Shown here: in pieces, positions 10,267 to 21,825 of the stretch
Numbering within the stretch: position 1 is the stretch's first letter
How the letters are laid out: each line of letters opens with the position of its first letter
Assembly (NCBI GenBank): GCA_963797095.1
Contig: CAWCNY010000003.1
Span: forward strand, 64,001 to 128,000
Direction of reading: 5' to 3'
Source of the DNA: an uncultured Chloroflexia bacterium
GTDB taxonomy: Bacteria > Chloroflexota > Chloroflexia > QHBQ01 > JADMIH01
DNA length: 64,000 nucleotides
Notes under the pieces: model-generated
Seen by the model: only the letters and a program-made list of their open reading frames with translations
Databases searched by the model: none
Told to the model about the DNA's origin: nothing
Made by a program: the position numbers and the translations under genes

Positions 10267-10953
10267 TTAGATGCTGAGGACCTGGATATTCCGGAAACCA
10301 GCGACTGCCTGCCTGATGCGCTCTGTGCGGGCCTGGGTGCAAACCCAGACCACCTGGTGCCCACTCTTCGAGAGCCCACTTGCCTTTTGCCACAACATCT
10401 TTCCATAATAAGCTCCATCTATCTCTACATATAGTATTTCCACTTCGCCATGAGTGTTAACTATCACCGCTTCTGCGTCTGGGATCTCCACAGGAAACCG
10501 TGCTTCTTCCCGGCGCATGTCTGTGGGCCCCCGACGTTTTAGACGCGCTCGGAGCTCGCGCTCGGTCCACCAGTCCACCAGCTTCCTGCCCTCTCCGATG
10601 ATCCGTGCTTGGAGCGCAAGGTAGGCATCCTGAGCCATGAGTTGTTGCCTCATTTCGGGCAAAGCTGGCAGACCAACCTGGAGGCGCTCCCTTTGGGCGG
10701 AGCCAAAGTGCATATATCCTTGCTCGGAGAGGGCAAATACCCGTTCGCCCGGTGTTCGCATGTTGCAGCTGTGCATCTCCAGGTAGCCGGCCTTCACCAG
10801 GCGACGCATCCGCTCCATTGCCGTCATCTCGCTTCTCCCTGCCCAAAAGTGCCGCGCTACCTGGTCCAGGCTGGCGACCCCTGCCCTGCCGATCCACAGG
10901 AGGATTTCTATGTCCCGCGCTGTAAGCTGTTTAGCCGTCGCCTGGTGTCTCAT
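10267..10953 (-). CDS. Replication-relaxation (Replic_Relax, PF13814-like) protein, candidate relaxase
   Basis: N-terminal wHTH LTARDIEILLWIGR..., PD-(D/E)xK-like IPDAEAV...YVEID; directly downstream of VirD4. Confidence 0.7.
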   Translation of the reverse strand: MRHQATAKQLTARDIEILLWIGRAGVASLDQVARHFWAGRSEMTAMERMRRLVKAGYLEMHSCNMRTPGERVFALSEQGYMHFGSAQRERLQVGLPALPEMRQQLMAQDAYLALQARIIGEGRKLVDWWTERELRARLKRRGPTDMRREEARFPVEIPDAEAVIVNTHGEVEILYVEIDGAYYGKMLWQKASGLSKSGHQVVWVCTQARTERIRQAVAGFRNIQVLSI

Positions 10954-10964
10954 ATACTTTCCCT

Positions 10965-13199
10965 TCAATGTGCAACATCGCGTTCCGTAGGTTTGCCGCT
11001 ACTGGCAGGTGCGGCTGCCGTTGTAGGCGGGCGCCGATGCTGGTTGCGTGTGACCAAGAATCGGAACAAATCAGCCGGGTTCTTCACATTCGGCGCCTCT
11101 GAAACATGCCCGAGGTTGTCCAAGATATACGCACTGTCTCTGCCGTTCTTGCACACGGTAACCGCTAGTTCAGTGGCTTCTGGTATAGTGACCCCAAGCC
11201 TGCTGGCTATCACGCTTGCAGCATCCTGAACCCACCCAGGCACCTGCGTGGAAGGCGGAACTGGTAAGTTGGGCTCCATGGCTTGATAGGTGGAAGCACA
11301 ATCATTCGGGACATGCGCGTCGGCCTCCAAAGTGCTCGGATGGCTCTCCTTCGGCGCGATAATTTCGGTAATCTGGTGTCTCGACCGGTTCGCGATAGGT
11401 GAACCTCCCACGGCCGGTAAGACGGGTAATCGTGGTGCTGCTTCAAGACGACCTGTCTCGTTATAGAGGCGCAGAGCCTGGGCATTGGAGGCGTCCTGGA
11501 TAAGCTCACTGTCGAGTTGCACGACTGTCGGAGGCGTGACCTCGCCTCGGCTATCCCTCATCTCAATGAGCACATGGAATTGAGGTAGTGCGCGGATCTC
11601 TGATGGAAGAAAGTCCGGGCGCTCGCGCACCTGTACGCTGCTCCCGTTTGATTGCTGAAGGCTTGAGCTTGAGGCTCTTGAAGATTGCTGCCTTAGTCCG
11701 CTTACGGACGGGCTCAATAAATCTCCGGTCCCGTGACCGCTACCCCTGCTTTGACTGCTGTTGCGTCCCAGGTTCGTGCTCTGGTTGTGCACGGTGTAGG
11801 GACGCTCCTGGCTGCCGAACAACTTACTGAATTTGTCTGCGTCGAAGTTGCCCACTCCCGCCATAACAAGTTTGTTTCCTGCGACAGAGAGGATGTCTTC
11901 TCGCAAGGCGGGCTCGGTGATCTGGCTGAGGTTCTGAAATGCCAGCATGTAACAGCCGCGGTTCTCTCGTGCCATCGCCATTCCTTTTGCGATCGTGGGG
12001 GTAACAAAGTTATGGGCTTCGTCTATTACAGCGGCTTTCAGGATAGCTTTGTTGCAGTCGGGCGAGATCACGGCATAGGTAAACTGCGCGAGCACCAGCC
12101 TGCCCACTATGGGGGCAACCCTGGGGTGGCGACCTACGGGCAAAACGAAGCGTACGCGGACGGGCTGTCGTATCAGTTGCTCGATGCTGTAGCCGCTACT
12201 TGAGGTAGTCAGTAGATCGGCTATCTCCCCTCTGGCGAGAGGGGCAAGGGCTGTGTCCAGGCTACCCAGAGCATCATTTTTCTGAGCTGATAACTGGTTT
12301 ATGCGCTGCAGGTCGAGGAGCTCCTCACAATCCTCTGAGAGCCCGGCGTTCAGTAGCTCCTGCGCCAGGTCTTCGCGCGCTTGCGGATCGCGTAAGTATG
12401 CGAGCAGTCGCTTCAGACCAGGCATCTCGTCGTATGCCTGGTGATGCGCAGCAACGAGACTGGCCATCGTGTCTTTGGCGTTGTTGGCAAAATATGCCTT
12501 GTTCATGCCCATGTCGGGCACCAGCGCTTCGCCCAGCCTCTCTCCCATCTCGCGCGGTGTACGGCCGCTCCAGACGTTGAGGCGCATGCTTGTGTGTGGA
12601 TCGTCGAGGTCGAAGTTGAGGTGGAAGTGCCTGGGGTGGAAGTCATCTCCTTTGGCATCGAAATAGAGGGCTGCCGCCCCGGTTCTCTTGAACAGATAAA
12701 GGGCCGGCTCTAGCACGCTACGAGTCTTGCCGCTGCCGGTGGGTGCCACTACTATGAGATGAGTTCGCAGGTGCTCTGCTGTGAGCTTACACAGATCGCT
12801 AGTGGGTTCTAGCTGGAACTCACCTGGATCGGGGCTCCATGTACGACTATATACCCGCCCCAGCACCCATTCATTGATATTGGGGGGAGCTACTTCATTG
12901 CCGGCTTGTGGATGCTTGGTTGTAGCATGGCCAGCTGCCCAGCGGTCAAACACAACAACAGATGCAATTGCAAAGATGAGGAGCGCGCTTCCCACGGGCG
13001 GAATAGGGTTGGATAGTGGCCACACAGGACCTGGCCGAGTAAAGGGCGGCGCCGTTGCGCCCGCCCAAATAAGTCGCAAGTTTTGGACGATCAGGAAGAG
13101 CGCAGGGCCTGCAATTATGAAATACATAACGCCCACGAATGGCTGTTCCCTGGACCTGGCTAACAGATATCCAAGCAGTTTCCGGGCGAGCTCCAGCAC
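10965..13199 (-). CDS. virD4: Type IV secretion coupling protein (VirD4/TraG-TraD family)
   Basis: Two N-terminal TM segments, Walker A HLIVVAPTGSGKT, Walker B VIDEAHNF, AFQNLSQI, and a Ser-rich 'S..S.QVRERP...PSEI' motif. Confidence 0.88.
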   Translation of the reverse strand: MLELARKLLGYLLARSREQPFVGVMYFIIAGPALFLIVQNLRLIWAGATAPPFTRPGPVWPLSNPIPPVGSALLIFAIASVVVFDRWAAGHATTKHPQAGNEVAPPNINEWVLGRVYSRTWSPDPGEFQLEPTSDLCKLTAEHLRTHLIVVAPTGSGKTRSVLEPALYLFKRTGAAALYFDAKGDDFHPRHFHLNFDLDDPHTSMRLNVWSGRTPREMGERLGEALVPDMGMNKAYFANNAKDTMASLVAAHHQAYDEMPGLKRLLAYLRDPQAREDLAQELLNAGLSEDCEELLDLQRINQLSAQKNDALGSLDTALAPLARGEIADLLTTSSSGYSIEQLIRQPVRVRFVLPVGRHPRVAPIVGRLVLAQFTYAVISPDCNKAILKAAVIDEAHNFVTPTIAKGMAMARENRGCYMLAFQNLSQITEPALREDILSVAGNKLVMAGVGNFDADKFSKLFGSQERPYTVHNQSTNLGRNSSQSRGSGHGTGDLLSPSVSGLRQQSSRASSSSLQQSNGSSVQVRERPDFLPSEIRALPQFHVLIEMRDSRGEVTPPTVVQLDSELIQDASNAQALRLYNETGRLEAAPRLPVLPAVGGSPIANRSRHQITEIIAPKESHPSTLEADAHVPNDCASTYQAMEPNLPVPPSTQVPGWVQDAASVIASRLGVTIPEATELAVTVCKNGRDSAYILDNLGHVSEAPNVKNPADLFRFLVTRNQHRRPPTTAAAPASSGKPTERDVAH

Positions 13200-13424
13200 G
13201 AGATTTATCGTCCTCAGAAACGCGTCTTCTTCTACTGGCGGGATGCGATGTTTGGGGCCTCATACCTCGCGCTCCTCCTTTTGGTTGGCGCTACCCTTCT
13301 CGATGCCCTCACTCTCAAAATCCCTCACCCCACAGGATTGCTGGTCTCCTGTGCCATCCTGGGGTAAACCCAACATTACTGCATTTTGACGCAATGTAGT
13401 GGGCCTGTCATTTTAGCGCCGTAG

Positions 13425-13535
13425 TGTCACGTTAGTCCTTAATCGTCCCCGCGCGAGCCTTTGGGCGTTACTGAGTGCAACTCTAGCTGTCCCCGGTTTG
13501 TGACTTTCATTGTCACTGCTTCACATCTGAACCGT
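13425..13535 (+). repeat. TGT-starting transposon end with transposase-binding array (candidate left end of element A)
   Basis: TGTCACGTTAG... aligns without gaps to the reverse complement of element B's right end; 13471-13535 closely matches the reverse complement of 31199-31263. Confidence 0.75.
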
Positions 13536-13806
13536 TTCCTGCTCTGTACAGATAATTAGCATCCGTGGAGTTATTAACCCATTGATCTTATGATGCAACT
13601 CCACTCGTTGGAAGAATTAGATACTAGTACTGGTCCTAATACTTGTCCAAATGGTATTCTAAGTAATTGATGAGTAAACCGCGGTTTGGTATCTATTGCC
13701 TTTGCGGCCATTTTGAAGTACAATGGACATGAACGACGATCCGATATTGGCGATCAATCATAGTGTTCAGGGCCATTTATGCTCACTATGAGATCTCCCT
13801 CCAGAG

Positions 13807-16800
13807 GTGCCCTCTATGTCTCGCTTGCTCTCGCCTTCCACACATACACATGTAGGCACATTGAAGTCTGGCACCGCCAGTTGTGATGGTATTCCGAATA
13901 CATCTTCCAAAATACAGACCCCACTTAGTCAGAGTCCTTTCACGACCCCATTGCGCCTTCATTTTCAACGATGGTCTATTTTCGTGCTTTTGTTAGGAGT
14001 TGCGATAATCGGCGTCTTATTACGCTACTATCCTGCTGCTAGTTCCGCAAGCGCCTTCCGCCGAGTCAGCCCGTTGTCTACATGGGTAACGGGAGATGTC
14101 TTCGTAGCCATAAGTGCTGGAACTTACGCCGTCTACGATCACTCAGGAGCTCTCAAGGATTCAGTTTTTTTGCCAACGGGTGGCGAAACTACTGGTTGTG
14201 CCTTCGATGTACAAGCGAACCTATATACAACAGCATGGGAGAACAGCATCGTCTTCAAAGTGGATGGCGCCGATCCCCACGATGTTCTCCAGACTATGGA
14301 TCCAACCCTTCATGGCGGTTCCCACCCCGAATCGATTGCCTTCGCTCGTAATGGCGATTTCTATGTGGGAGTTACGTTCGGCAACGCAGACATACAGAAA
14401 TATAACGCGGCTGGAGTTTGGCAACAGAATTATGATGTAGCTGGCGAAGGTGCTGGCTCAGATTGGATTGACCTGTCCAGCGACCAGCATACAATGTTCT
14501 ATACGTCTGAAGGCAGGCATATCAAACGTTATGACTTGGCTACAAACCAGCAATTATCGGACTTTGCTACACTTCCCGGCACTGGTACTGCTTTTGCGTT
14601 CCGCCTATTGCCTCCAGGCGATGGAACAGGCGGTCTACTTGTCGCTGATGGAGATGACATCTTACGTCTGAACGGTAGCGGCCAAGTCGTGCAAACATAC
14701 GATGTAAGCGGTGCGAACTTTTGGTTTGGCTTGAACATTGATCCTGTTAATAATGGTGCCTCGTTTTGGACAGGTGATTCTGAAAGCCGAAGTCTTTATC
14801 GGTTCAACATCGCAACTGGTGCTGTGGAGGTCAATGTCCCTGGTATTACGACTCTTATCATGGCGGGAATTTGTGTCAAGGGTGAGGTCACTGCCGGGCA
14901 ACCCACAGCTACTCCCACACCTATCGCCACTCCCACCACAACCCCCGTACCGACTATCACATGTGTAGCAGGGTCGGCTTGGTGTACTCAGCTTGGTGTG
15001 AACGTTGGCACCGGCTCAAACGAATTAAGGGGTATCGTTGCCACAAGCAATGACGATGTGTGGGCCGTTGGAGGGTATGATATAACAGTTCAAGGTGGTC
15101 AACCGCTTGTGGAGCGTTGGAACGGCACTATGTGGTCCACATCGAGTCCTGTCCCCACTATCGGCATCTTGAATGGTGTGGCAGCGCTCGCCAGCAATGA
15201 TGTGTGGGCTGTGAGTGATAATGGTGTTATCCATTGGAAGGGCACTAGCTGGGCGACGTCCCCAGCCCCCAACGGAGCTAAGGCAGTTGCTGTTTATGCA
15301 ACAGTCTCACCTGCAGCATATGACGTCTGGGCCGTTGGCGCAACTAATGTAGAGCACTATGATGGCGTATCATGGTCCATAAGTACCCCCGTTCCAAGTG
15401 GAGGTGTACTTAACGGAGTAGCAGCCATAGATCATAACAATGTTTGGGCTGTTGGTAATATGGGAACAAACCCATTAGCCATGCACTACACTGGTAGTTG
15501 GACCACAGTAGCTATCCCAACCCCTACAGCTGCATCCGTCGTTACATTGAATAGCGTTGATGCTTACAGTTCGGACAGCGTGTGGGTTGTCGGTTCTTAC
15601 TATGCCAATGATTACTATCACACTCTAGTCGAATACTGGGACGGCGCTACCTGGCGCATTGTCCCTAGCCCCAACCCAAGCCAAGAGGGGAATTACTTGT
15701 ACAAGGTGTATGTAACGTTTCCGGGAGATGTATGGGCTGTGGGCGCTTATGATAATAGCCCATTGAAGGCACCGCAGGATTCGGTCACCCTGGGCCAGAA
15801 GACGCTTATCTTGCACTGGAATGGTCAATCGTGGGACCAGATAGACAGCATATCGCCTGGTGTGGGTAGCCAGCTTCTGGCGATTACGGGAGCAACGTCA
15901 CTATCGAGTGCTGGCAAAATAATCAGCAGCAATTGGGCGGTGGGTAGCTACATAAATAGCGGTCTTAGCCCATCGCAAACCCTGATAGAGCACATCACGC
16001 CTCCTACAGCACCTGTCCGCACAAGGAGTTATTACGAGCAAACAACAAACAAGGCCATACATCACCAACAAGGGTGCGCAGCCGCCAATCAGGATCCTAG
16101 CAACAACCCCAACGGTTTGGTGATACTAGATTACGGTCAACCAAAGGATTGGCCAGCACCGACCTCACATGACTGGGGTACGTTTCTGATAACTGATCTC
16201 TGTCATCCACTACCTGTCTCAGCGCGTAAGGCCCGCATAACTGACATAATGGCGGCAGTAGAGAGCTTTATGGATGGATATGTTGAGTGCGAACTAACAG
16301 GTCTTACTCAACTTCACATAGCGGTCTCTATTAACAATGATAATATGGCTAATGTTAGCGGAAGTCCGGCACTCAATGCCGGCCACGCCGCTGCTTGGGC
16401 ACAGATGGTGAGCAATCTCCAAGACTATGCAAAGGGTTATCCAGAAATATTTGTTTCAGCAGGAATCGATGCGGAACCTAACTTCGACCCAGGCAATTTT
16501 GGAACAGGATTATCGGACACAGAAATATGGATGCAAGCTTACAGTGACGCTAGCGTTAGTCCTGTATTCAATTTTGGCAGTCTTGATGGCTATCCTTGCA
16601 GACCTTCGGGTTATCCCGGTTTCCCACCGCCCCGTCCATGCCGCGGTGACTCTTGGGATCAAGATAGAGATTATAACGTTACGTGGGGTATAGAAGCAGC
16701 CCGACCCGCTCCTGAGATATATAACTCAGGCTGGGCTAGGGATTGGTATATCGTGAAACGTTGGGGTATGGAACGTTACCCAGACAAAGCACCTATGCAA

Positions 16801-16986
16801 TTTAAAGGCGTGATGAGCGAATGTAACGCTGGTTTCCCCATCTGCCAATCTAATTTCCCTGATGGTGGTCGTGGACTAGAATATCGCCAAGCATGGTCTA
16901 TTCTTTGGTTGGAACTCAATTCCGATCCCGTAACTGGCCTGTATCCTGATTGGGCAACCTATATCGACCTCAGTGCTCAACAATGA
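13807..16986 (+). CDS. Secreted multi-domain protein: beta-propeller, PT linker, WAVG-repeat propeller, unknown C-terminal domain
   Basis: Hydrophobic N-terminal segment, NHL/SMP-30-like repeats, PTATPTP linker, repeated DVWAVG motifs; start uncertain. Confidence 0.75.
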   Translation: MPSMSRLLSPSTHTHVGTLKSGTASCDGIPNTSSKIQTPLSQSPFTTPLRLHFQRWSIFVLLLGVAIIGVLLRYYPAASSASAFRRVSPLSTWVTGDVFVAISAGTYAVYDHSGALKDSVFLPTGGETTGCAFDVQANLYTTAWENSIVFKVDGADPHDVLQTMDPTLHGGSHPESIAFARNGDFYVGVTFGNADIQKYNAAGVWQQNYDVAGEGAGSDWIDLSSDQHTMFYTSEGRHIKRYDLATNQQLSDFATLPGTGTAFAFRLLPPGDGTGGLLVADGDDILRLNGSGQVVQTYDVSGANFWFGLNIDPVNNGASFWTGDSESRSLYRFNIATGAVEVNVPGITTLIMAGICVKGEVTAGQPTATPTPIATPTTTPVPTITCVAGSAWCTQLGVNVGTGSNELRGIVATSNDDVWAVGGYDITVQGGQPLVERWNGTMWSTSSPVPTIGILNGVAALASNDVWAVSDNGVIHWKGTSWATSPAPNGAKAVAVYATVSPAAYDVWAVGATNVEHYDGVSWSISTPVPSGGVLNGVAAIDHNNVWAVGNMGTNPLAMHYTGSWTTVAIPTPTAASVVTLNSVDAYSSDSVWVVGSYYANDYYHTLVEYWDGATWRIVPSPNPSQEGNYLYKVYVTFPGDVWAVGAYDNSPLKAPQDSVTLGQKTLILHWNGQSWDQIDSISPGVGSQLLAITGATSLSSAGKIISSNWAVGSYINSGLSPSQTLIEHITPPTAPVRTRSYYEQTTNKAIHHQQGCAAANQDPSNNPNGLVILDYGQPKDWPAPTSHDWGTFLITDLCHPLPVSARKARITDIMAAVESFMDGYVECELTGLTQLHIAVSINNDNMANVSGSPALNAGHAAAWAQMVSNLQDYAKGYPEIFVSAGIDAEPNFDPGNFGTGLSDTEIWMQAYSDASVSPVFNFGSLDGYPCRPSGYPGFPPPRPCRGDSWDQDRDYNVTWGIEAARPAPEIYNSGWARDWYIVKRWGMERYPDKAPMQFKGVMSECNAGFPICQSNFPDGGRGLEYRQAWSILWLELNSDPVTGLYPDWATYIDLSAQQ

Positions 16987-17043
16987 CTTAGAATTTGATA
17001 CTCTATAACCAATCGCCATGTTCATGAATAAGAGGATCACTAT

Positions 17044-17880
17044 ATGAGCCAGCACCAAAAGCAGCAAAGCAAATCTCGTGCATTTGTTCAAGTTCTTGCA
17101 ACATCGTCCCTGATTATGCTCGGCCTCCTATTAGTGGCCTGCGGGACTATTAAGTCCACTGATGAAGGTTCAGTACCTCAGGTTGCGACTGCTATTGCTA
17201 CTGTGACCACTATCGCCAGTTCGACAGCAGGTTCTTCAGCAACTGCCCAGCTAACGCCGCAAGTAACGGAAACAAGCCCGCCTGTGGCTACAATGGAACG
17301 TACTCTAATACCCGGAACTCAAGCTCCCACCTGGGTGCCAAGAACAAGAACCTTCGTACCTAAACCTACATATGTTCCCGGAGATAGCAAGTCTGCGTTT
17401 GATACACGTGTGGCACAGAACCAAGCTACCAGATGGGCTATTCTCGATTTGACACCTTCCAACACTCCCGGCTCTCCCACAGCAACTTCCACCCCAGCAC
17501 CCACTGCTACAGAGATCATTGGCTGGACGCCATTTTGTGGTGGCGCGGCAAACTCATATGAAAACCAGTATGCAAGTTGCTGGCAATTGATAATGAACGG
17601 GCATCTTTACAGTATTTGGGCAGGACGATTTGGGTATCTATCTGATGAGGGACAAGGGTTGATTACAGTTTATGAAATGGGCACTGACAACAGGTTTGAC
17701 TTGATCGGAACTTACCTGACACCATCAAGACAGGGGAGCGTGGAGATAGCCGCAGTTGATGGCACCAGAGTTTACCTAGTGCAATCCCAATCAGTTCAAC
17801 CACCCGATATTGATGTAACCCCTATTCCCAACTTTGTGTTTGTGTTTGATCTAGCTACTCTACAATGGGTCTCGCCATAG
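17044..17880 (+). CDS. Putative lipoprotein with Thr/Pro-rich linker
   Basis: Signal peptide with lipobox LVAC. Confidence 0.7.
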   Translation: MSQHQKQQSKSRAFVQVLATSSLIMLGLLLVACGTIKSTDEGSVPQVATAIATVTTIASSTAGSSATAQLTPQVTETSPPVATMERTLIPGTQAPTWVPRTRTFVPKPTYVPGDSKSAFDTRVAQNQATRWAILDLTPSNTPGSPTATSTPAPTATEIIGWTPFCGGAANSYENQYASCWQLIMNGHLYSIWAGRFGYLSDEGQGLITVYEMGTDNRFDLIGTYLTPSRQGSVEIAAVDGTRVYLVQSQSVQPPDIDVTPIPNFVFVFDLATLQWVSP

Positions 17881-18034
17881 CACTCAGAGCGGATAACTTC
17901 TAGTAGGTAACAAGGCTATTGACGTGGGGGAAAATCACACAACAGACTAGCAGGCTATACGGGTGAGTTTATAGTGCGGCGAGGAACCCTGTGCCTTTAC
18001 AGGCCTCAAAATAACCAGTCAGCGCTAAGAATTA

Positions 18035-18820
18035 TCAGATCGGAAATCTCCCGATCACCTCATTGTATTCCCGCTGTGCATCGCTCATTGCCAGTCGAGA
18101 ATAGATTTCTAGTGACTGGCGGCTCGCATGCCCGGAGTATGGCTGGATTGCAGCATCATCGATCCCTTGTTTCTTCAACCAGGTCAGTAGGAAGTGGCGC
18201 AATTTGTGGGGTGATATCGCCTGGGCGAACCCTGCCGCCTGGCTGTAGCGTGCCAGGATCTTACGCACACCACGCTCACTGTAAGGCTTCTTCCAACTCG
18301 ACTCAAAGAGGTAACTGGCATCTTTGTGGCGCATCGTCTGTATGTGCAACCCCAACGCCTCTTTGAACGTCGCCGGGAATGGCACCCGCCGGTCTTTGCC
18401 CCCCTTGCCACCGTTGATGCTGATTTGGCACTGCCCAAGGTCTATATCGGCAAGCTGAATCTTCACCAACTCGCCGACACGTACTCCTGTGACCAATAAC
18501 AGCTTGATCAATATTACGTCCTGCAGATTCTTGCTCTCCCACACCACTCGGTAGTAGCGCTGTATTTCCTCCTCTGTTGGTACGTAGGGCAGTTTCTGCT
18601 GCTGACGAGGAACCTTAATCTCCAGTTCCGTTCGCAGATGTCGGAACAACTCCTTCATATATATGTAGTCAGGCCGCTCTCCCCGCAGATACTTTGCTAA
18701 CTCCTTTGCCTTCTTGCGCGCCGGTGTTCGGGAGGTTCGTACCGATGTCTTCGTTGCTGTTCCTTCGGTTTCTTTGCTTGCTGTAAGTTCTTTGTTTACG
18801 TCATTCTCCAATCTGCTCAT
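18035..18820 (-). CDS. Tyrosine recombinase (TnpI-like resolvase)
   Basis: TGVRVGE, GKGGK, HKLRH, SGH, LEIY catalytic motifs; ATGA overlap with tnpA. Confidence 0.9.
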   Translation of the reverse strand: MSRLENDVNKELTASKETEGTATKTSVRTSRTPARKKAKELAKYLRGERPDYIYMKELFRHLRTELEIKVPRQQQKLPYVPTEEEIQRYYRVVWESKNLQDVILIKLLLVTGVRVGELVKIQLADIDLGQCQISINGGKGGKDRRVPFPATFKEALGLHIQTMRHKDASYLFESSWKKPYSERGVRKILARYSQAAGFAQAISPHKLRHFLLTWLKKQGIDDAAIQPYSGHASRQSLEIYSRLAMSDAQREYNEVIGRFPI

Positions 18821-21800
18821 ACAACAGCCTCCATCAAGGGCAATCGCTCCTCCATGTTCAAGCGGAACAGACCATATGGGTTGATATGGCTGTAGATCAG
18901 AGGAGTGAGTGCTCGCAGGTCTTCCGGCTTCATTCGCTCAAGCCAACCCTCCTCGCCAAGCACCTCCTGCAACATCAGTGTGTTAACGTAGACCAGGCAA
19001 TTCTGCACCAGGTGCAGTGCAAGCAGACCGAGTTCCTGGTCGTCCCGGCTGTTGCTGGCTAACTCTCCACCTCGCCCATAAAAGATGAAGCCGTTTGCTG
19101 AATTCCAATTCTCGATAACGTTCAATCCCTCGTGGATTTCCCGCCGCAGTGCTTCTGAACGTAGGTAGCGACAAAGGAAGATAGTCTTTATGGCCTTTCC
19201 CAGTTCGGCTAGTGCTTGATAGGTCGGGTGTTGCAGGTTGTTGCGAGTGAAGCGTCGCAGAATTGCCTCCGTTTCGGCGGTTCCCAGACGCAAAGCAGTT
19301 GCGTACTTCATCATTTGATCGTACTGCTGACGGATCAGGTCCCACTGAATAGGTCTGGTGAGGATCAACTGCAGATTTGGGTATGCGTCAGGTTTTCCGA
19401 TGTCTGGGCGGTAGAGTTTCTGCGCGTGAATAGCCTTGAGCCTGGGCAACAGGTCGAAATTCAAGAGCTTGCAGAAGGCAAACGCTACCTCCGACTGGCC
19501 ATGGGAGTCGACGAAGTTGCGCTCAACCTCCATCGTGGTGCAATGCCGAAGCAAGCCTTCCAGCATGGCGGCCACCTCAGAGGACGAACAACTCTTGAGT
19601 TGCGAGTAGATACAAACCGTACTCTTCTCCACTGACCAATACACCATAACCCCGGGGCCGCGGTAGCGGATATGCCACTCGGTCAACAGGTTCTGGTCCC
19701 ATGCTCCGAATTTCTTGGAGTCAGACACGCATGTCGTCGTGCCCTCGCCCCATATCTGGGGTAGACGCTGAGCGAAAATCGCGTTGGCCACTGTGGCATT
19801 GGCAGCGCGTAACTGCTCACGATCCAGGAAGCGGCGCCGCACATATTGTAGATCCTTGTACGCTTCTCCATGGTCACCGGCGCAGACCCGCTTGAGACCG
19901 GTATTGGTGCCCAGCGCATACAAGCACAAGAGCAAGCGCTTTTGCAGCGTTGAGCGGTCGAGCACTTCCCATGCGGTCGCGCTCTTGAAGTGATTGGTGA
20001 ACCCAACACGTAGGTCCGTTTCCTTCAGGATATCCAACAGAGAGGTCATAGGCCAACGGGCGAAGACGGCAGCTTTTAGCTGGTTCAGGTTACGAGGCTC
20101 CGGCTGCGCATCGAGCGGGGTTAGAGATATCCAACCGCCACCACGGTTCAAAAGGCGCACCTTCTGATTCTTGGGTAACGTTCGGTCCAGTTCCCCTAAC
20201 TCATGGGTCAATTGTTGCTGTAGGTCATGGATGAAGCTCTCCACATCTAATGGCTTCTCTAACGCTTCGTAGTAGGCAGCACGGTGTATATCGAAGTCGG
20301 GCGGCAAGTCCTCTTCAGGATTACGGTAGTGATCGGCGCCCAGCACCCATATTTCTTTACAACGCAGCCTCTCGCGTAACGTTTCCAGCACGCATAGCTC
20401 ATAGTTGATGCGGTTCAGGCGAGGCTGACCGTACTTGTCTTCACCGATAACTATTGGCCTCCAGGGTGACCGGATGACCCCTTCAATCGGCACGGTTTCT
20501 CCTGGTGGATAGTATTGGATGCTGCTCTCAGCGTATTTCTTCAGCAATGCGAGGGCGGAGACCAGCGGTCGATGCACATTGTTATTGGAGTGGAACTCTA
20601 GCACCTCCAGGATACGAGGCACCATACGGCGGTAGTGGTGGCTGTATGAGGAGCGCATACGCAGATGGACCTCCTGTTGATAGGTGCGGCTCGCTTTGTA
20701 CTCCTCAGATACATGGCGCAGGGTTTCCTCACTTACTACAGGGAAGGCGACTTCTTTGACCAAGCCGTCTGGATTGGCAACCAATGCACCGGCCAATTGG
20801 CCGAACATGGCGTTCTTACCCTCGACCTTACGCAACTCGGCCACAAACTGCTGGGTAACCTTCTTCTCAGCCCGCGCTCCAATAGCATGTACAATATCTA
20901 TGAGCAGTTCCACCAGGTTGTCTGTGATCTCCTGTCGGCGCAGATAGCAGTAGGCGGCAACCAGCGTGTAGCGAATGTTGTCGGGGTGGCGGCGTAGTTC
21001 GTACAGTTCTTCGGCGACAGCACGCTGGCGATAGCCGGTCAGTACTTTCGGAGAAAGCCCGGCAAACAGGCTGGCCGGTAAATCCAATTCACGTAGTCGA
21101 GCTAGCTTACCTATCTCGGTCAGTGCGCTTTCGAGGCTTGGTCGGCCAGGGTCATGCCGCAACTCCAGCCAGAAGGGGCGGTCGTCAAGCTCGTTGTAAT
21201 TGGAACTGTTTACGCTGTTTGCTGCTTCAACACTCACACTACTCATACTTGCTGACATAGACCTAGAGGTGGTCACATGCAACAACTTCTGGAGACTCTG
21301 CTTGGTAGTTACGGACAAGCGCCCGGAGATGTCTACGAACAGGCGCTCCTCATAGGTGTGGAAAGCCGAGCGGATTAGGCGCATAATGGGATCAGGCGCA
21401 GGAGGCTCGATGTGCAACTGCCGGAAGCGAGCATAGACCAGTTCCTTGAGGTGTTCAATATCCTGGTCCTGAGCGAGTACATAATTGCAAAGCCAATCAC
21501 TCACCTCCTCTGTATCCGCTCGCAAGGCCTCACGAAAGCCAAAGAAGTCGCGGATTTGCACGCGGTGATTGCTAATCATGCGGCCACGCCAGTCGTAGCG
21601 CAGGTATTCGTCGGCTTCCACGCTCACCTGTTTGGCAACATAGCTAACGACCAGGCGAGGGATTTCGTTCTTGGCTTGGGGAAAGCGAGCTTCTAATTGG
21701 AAGAACTTGAGCAGAACGGCGAAGCCGAGGCGTGTGGGGCCGGTTTTGTTACCCATCAACTCCAGTTCCTTGGGCAACAGGGTCCAGTGCTCGACCAGTT

Positions 21801-21825
21801 CTTCGGTAGTCCAGTTGCGCTTCAT
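18817..21825 (-). CDS. tnpA: Tn3-family transposase
   Basis: 1002 aa; DUF4158-like N-terminus ([11 protein letters not shown]); DDE motifs VSDS, VDSHGQ, NVIENWN. Confidence 0.95.
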   Translation of the reverse strand: MKRNWTTEELVEHWTLLPKELELMGNKTGPTRLGFAVLLKFFQLEARFPQAKNEIPRLVVSYVAKQVSVEADEYLRYDWRGRMISNHRVQIRDFFGFREALRADTEEVSDWLCNYVLAQDQDIEHLKELVYARFRQLHIEPPAPDPIMRLIRSAFHTYEERLFVDISGRLSVTTKQSLQKLLHVTTSRSMSASMSSVSVEAANSVNSSNYNELDDRPFWLELRHDPGRPSLESALTEIGKLARLRELDLPASLFAGLSPKVLTGYRQRAVAEELYELRRHPDNIRYTLVAAYCYLRRQEITDNLVELLIDIVHAIGARAEKKVTQQFVAELRKVEGKNAMFGQLAGALVANPDGLVKEVAFPVVSEETLRHVSEEYKASRTYQQEVHLRMRSSYSHHYRRMVPRILEVLEFHSNNNVHRPLVSALALLKKYAESSIQYYPPGETVPIEGVIRSPWRPIVIGEDKYGQPRLNRINYELCVLETLRERLRCKEIWVLGADHYRNPEEDLPPDFDIHRAAYYEALEKPLDVESFIHDLQQQLTHELGELDRTLPKNQKVRLLNRGGGWISLTPLDAQPEPRNLNQLKAAVFARWPMTSLLDILKETDLRVGFTNHFKSATAWEVLDRSTLQKRLLLCLYALGTNTGLKRVCAGDHGEAYKDLQYVRRRFLDREQLRAANATVANAIFAQRLPQIWGEGTTTCVSDSKKFGAWDQNLLTEWHIRYRGPGVMVYWSVEKSTVCIYSQLKSCSSSEVAAMLEGLLRHCTTMEVERNFVDSHGQSEVAFAFCKLLNFDLLPRLKAIHAQKLYRPDIGKPDAYPNLQLILTRPIQWDLIRQQYDQMMKYATALRLGTAETEAILRRFTRNNLQHPTYQALAELGKAIKTIFLCRYLRSEALRREIHEGLNVIENWNSANGFIFYGRGGELASNSRDDQELGLLALHLVQNCLVYVNTLMLQEVLGEEGWLERMKPEDLRALTPLIYSHINPYGLFRLNMEERLPLMEAVV

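Noticed and set aside
17926-17965. GGGGG run as an inner Tn3 IR
   Set aside because: Does not match the 38-bp IR beyond a few bases and lacks an ATATA flank.
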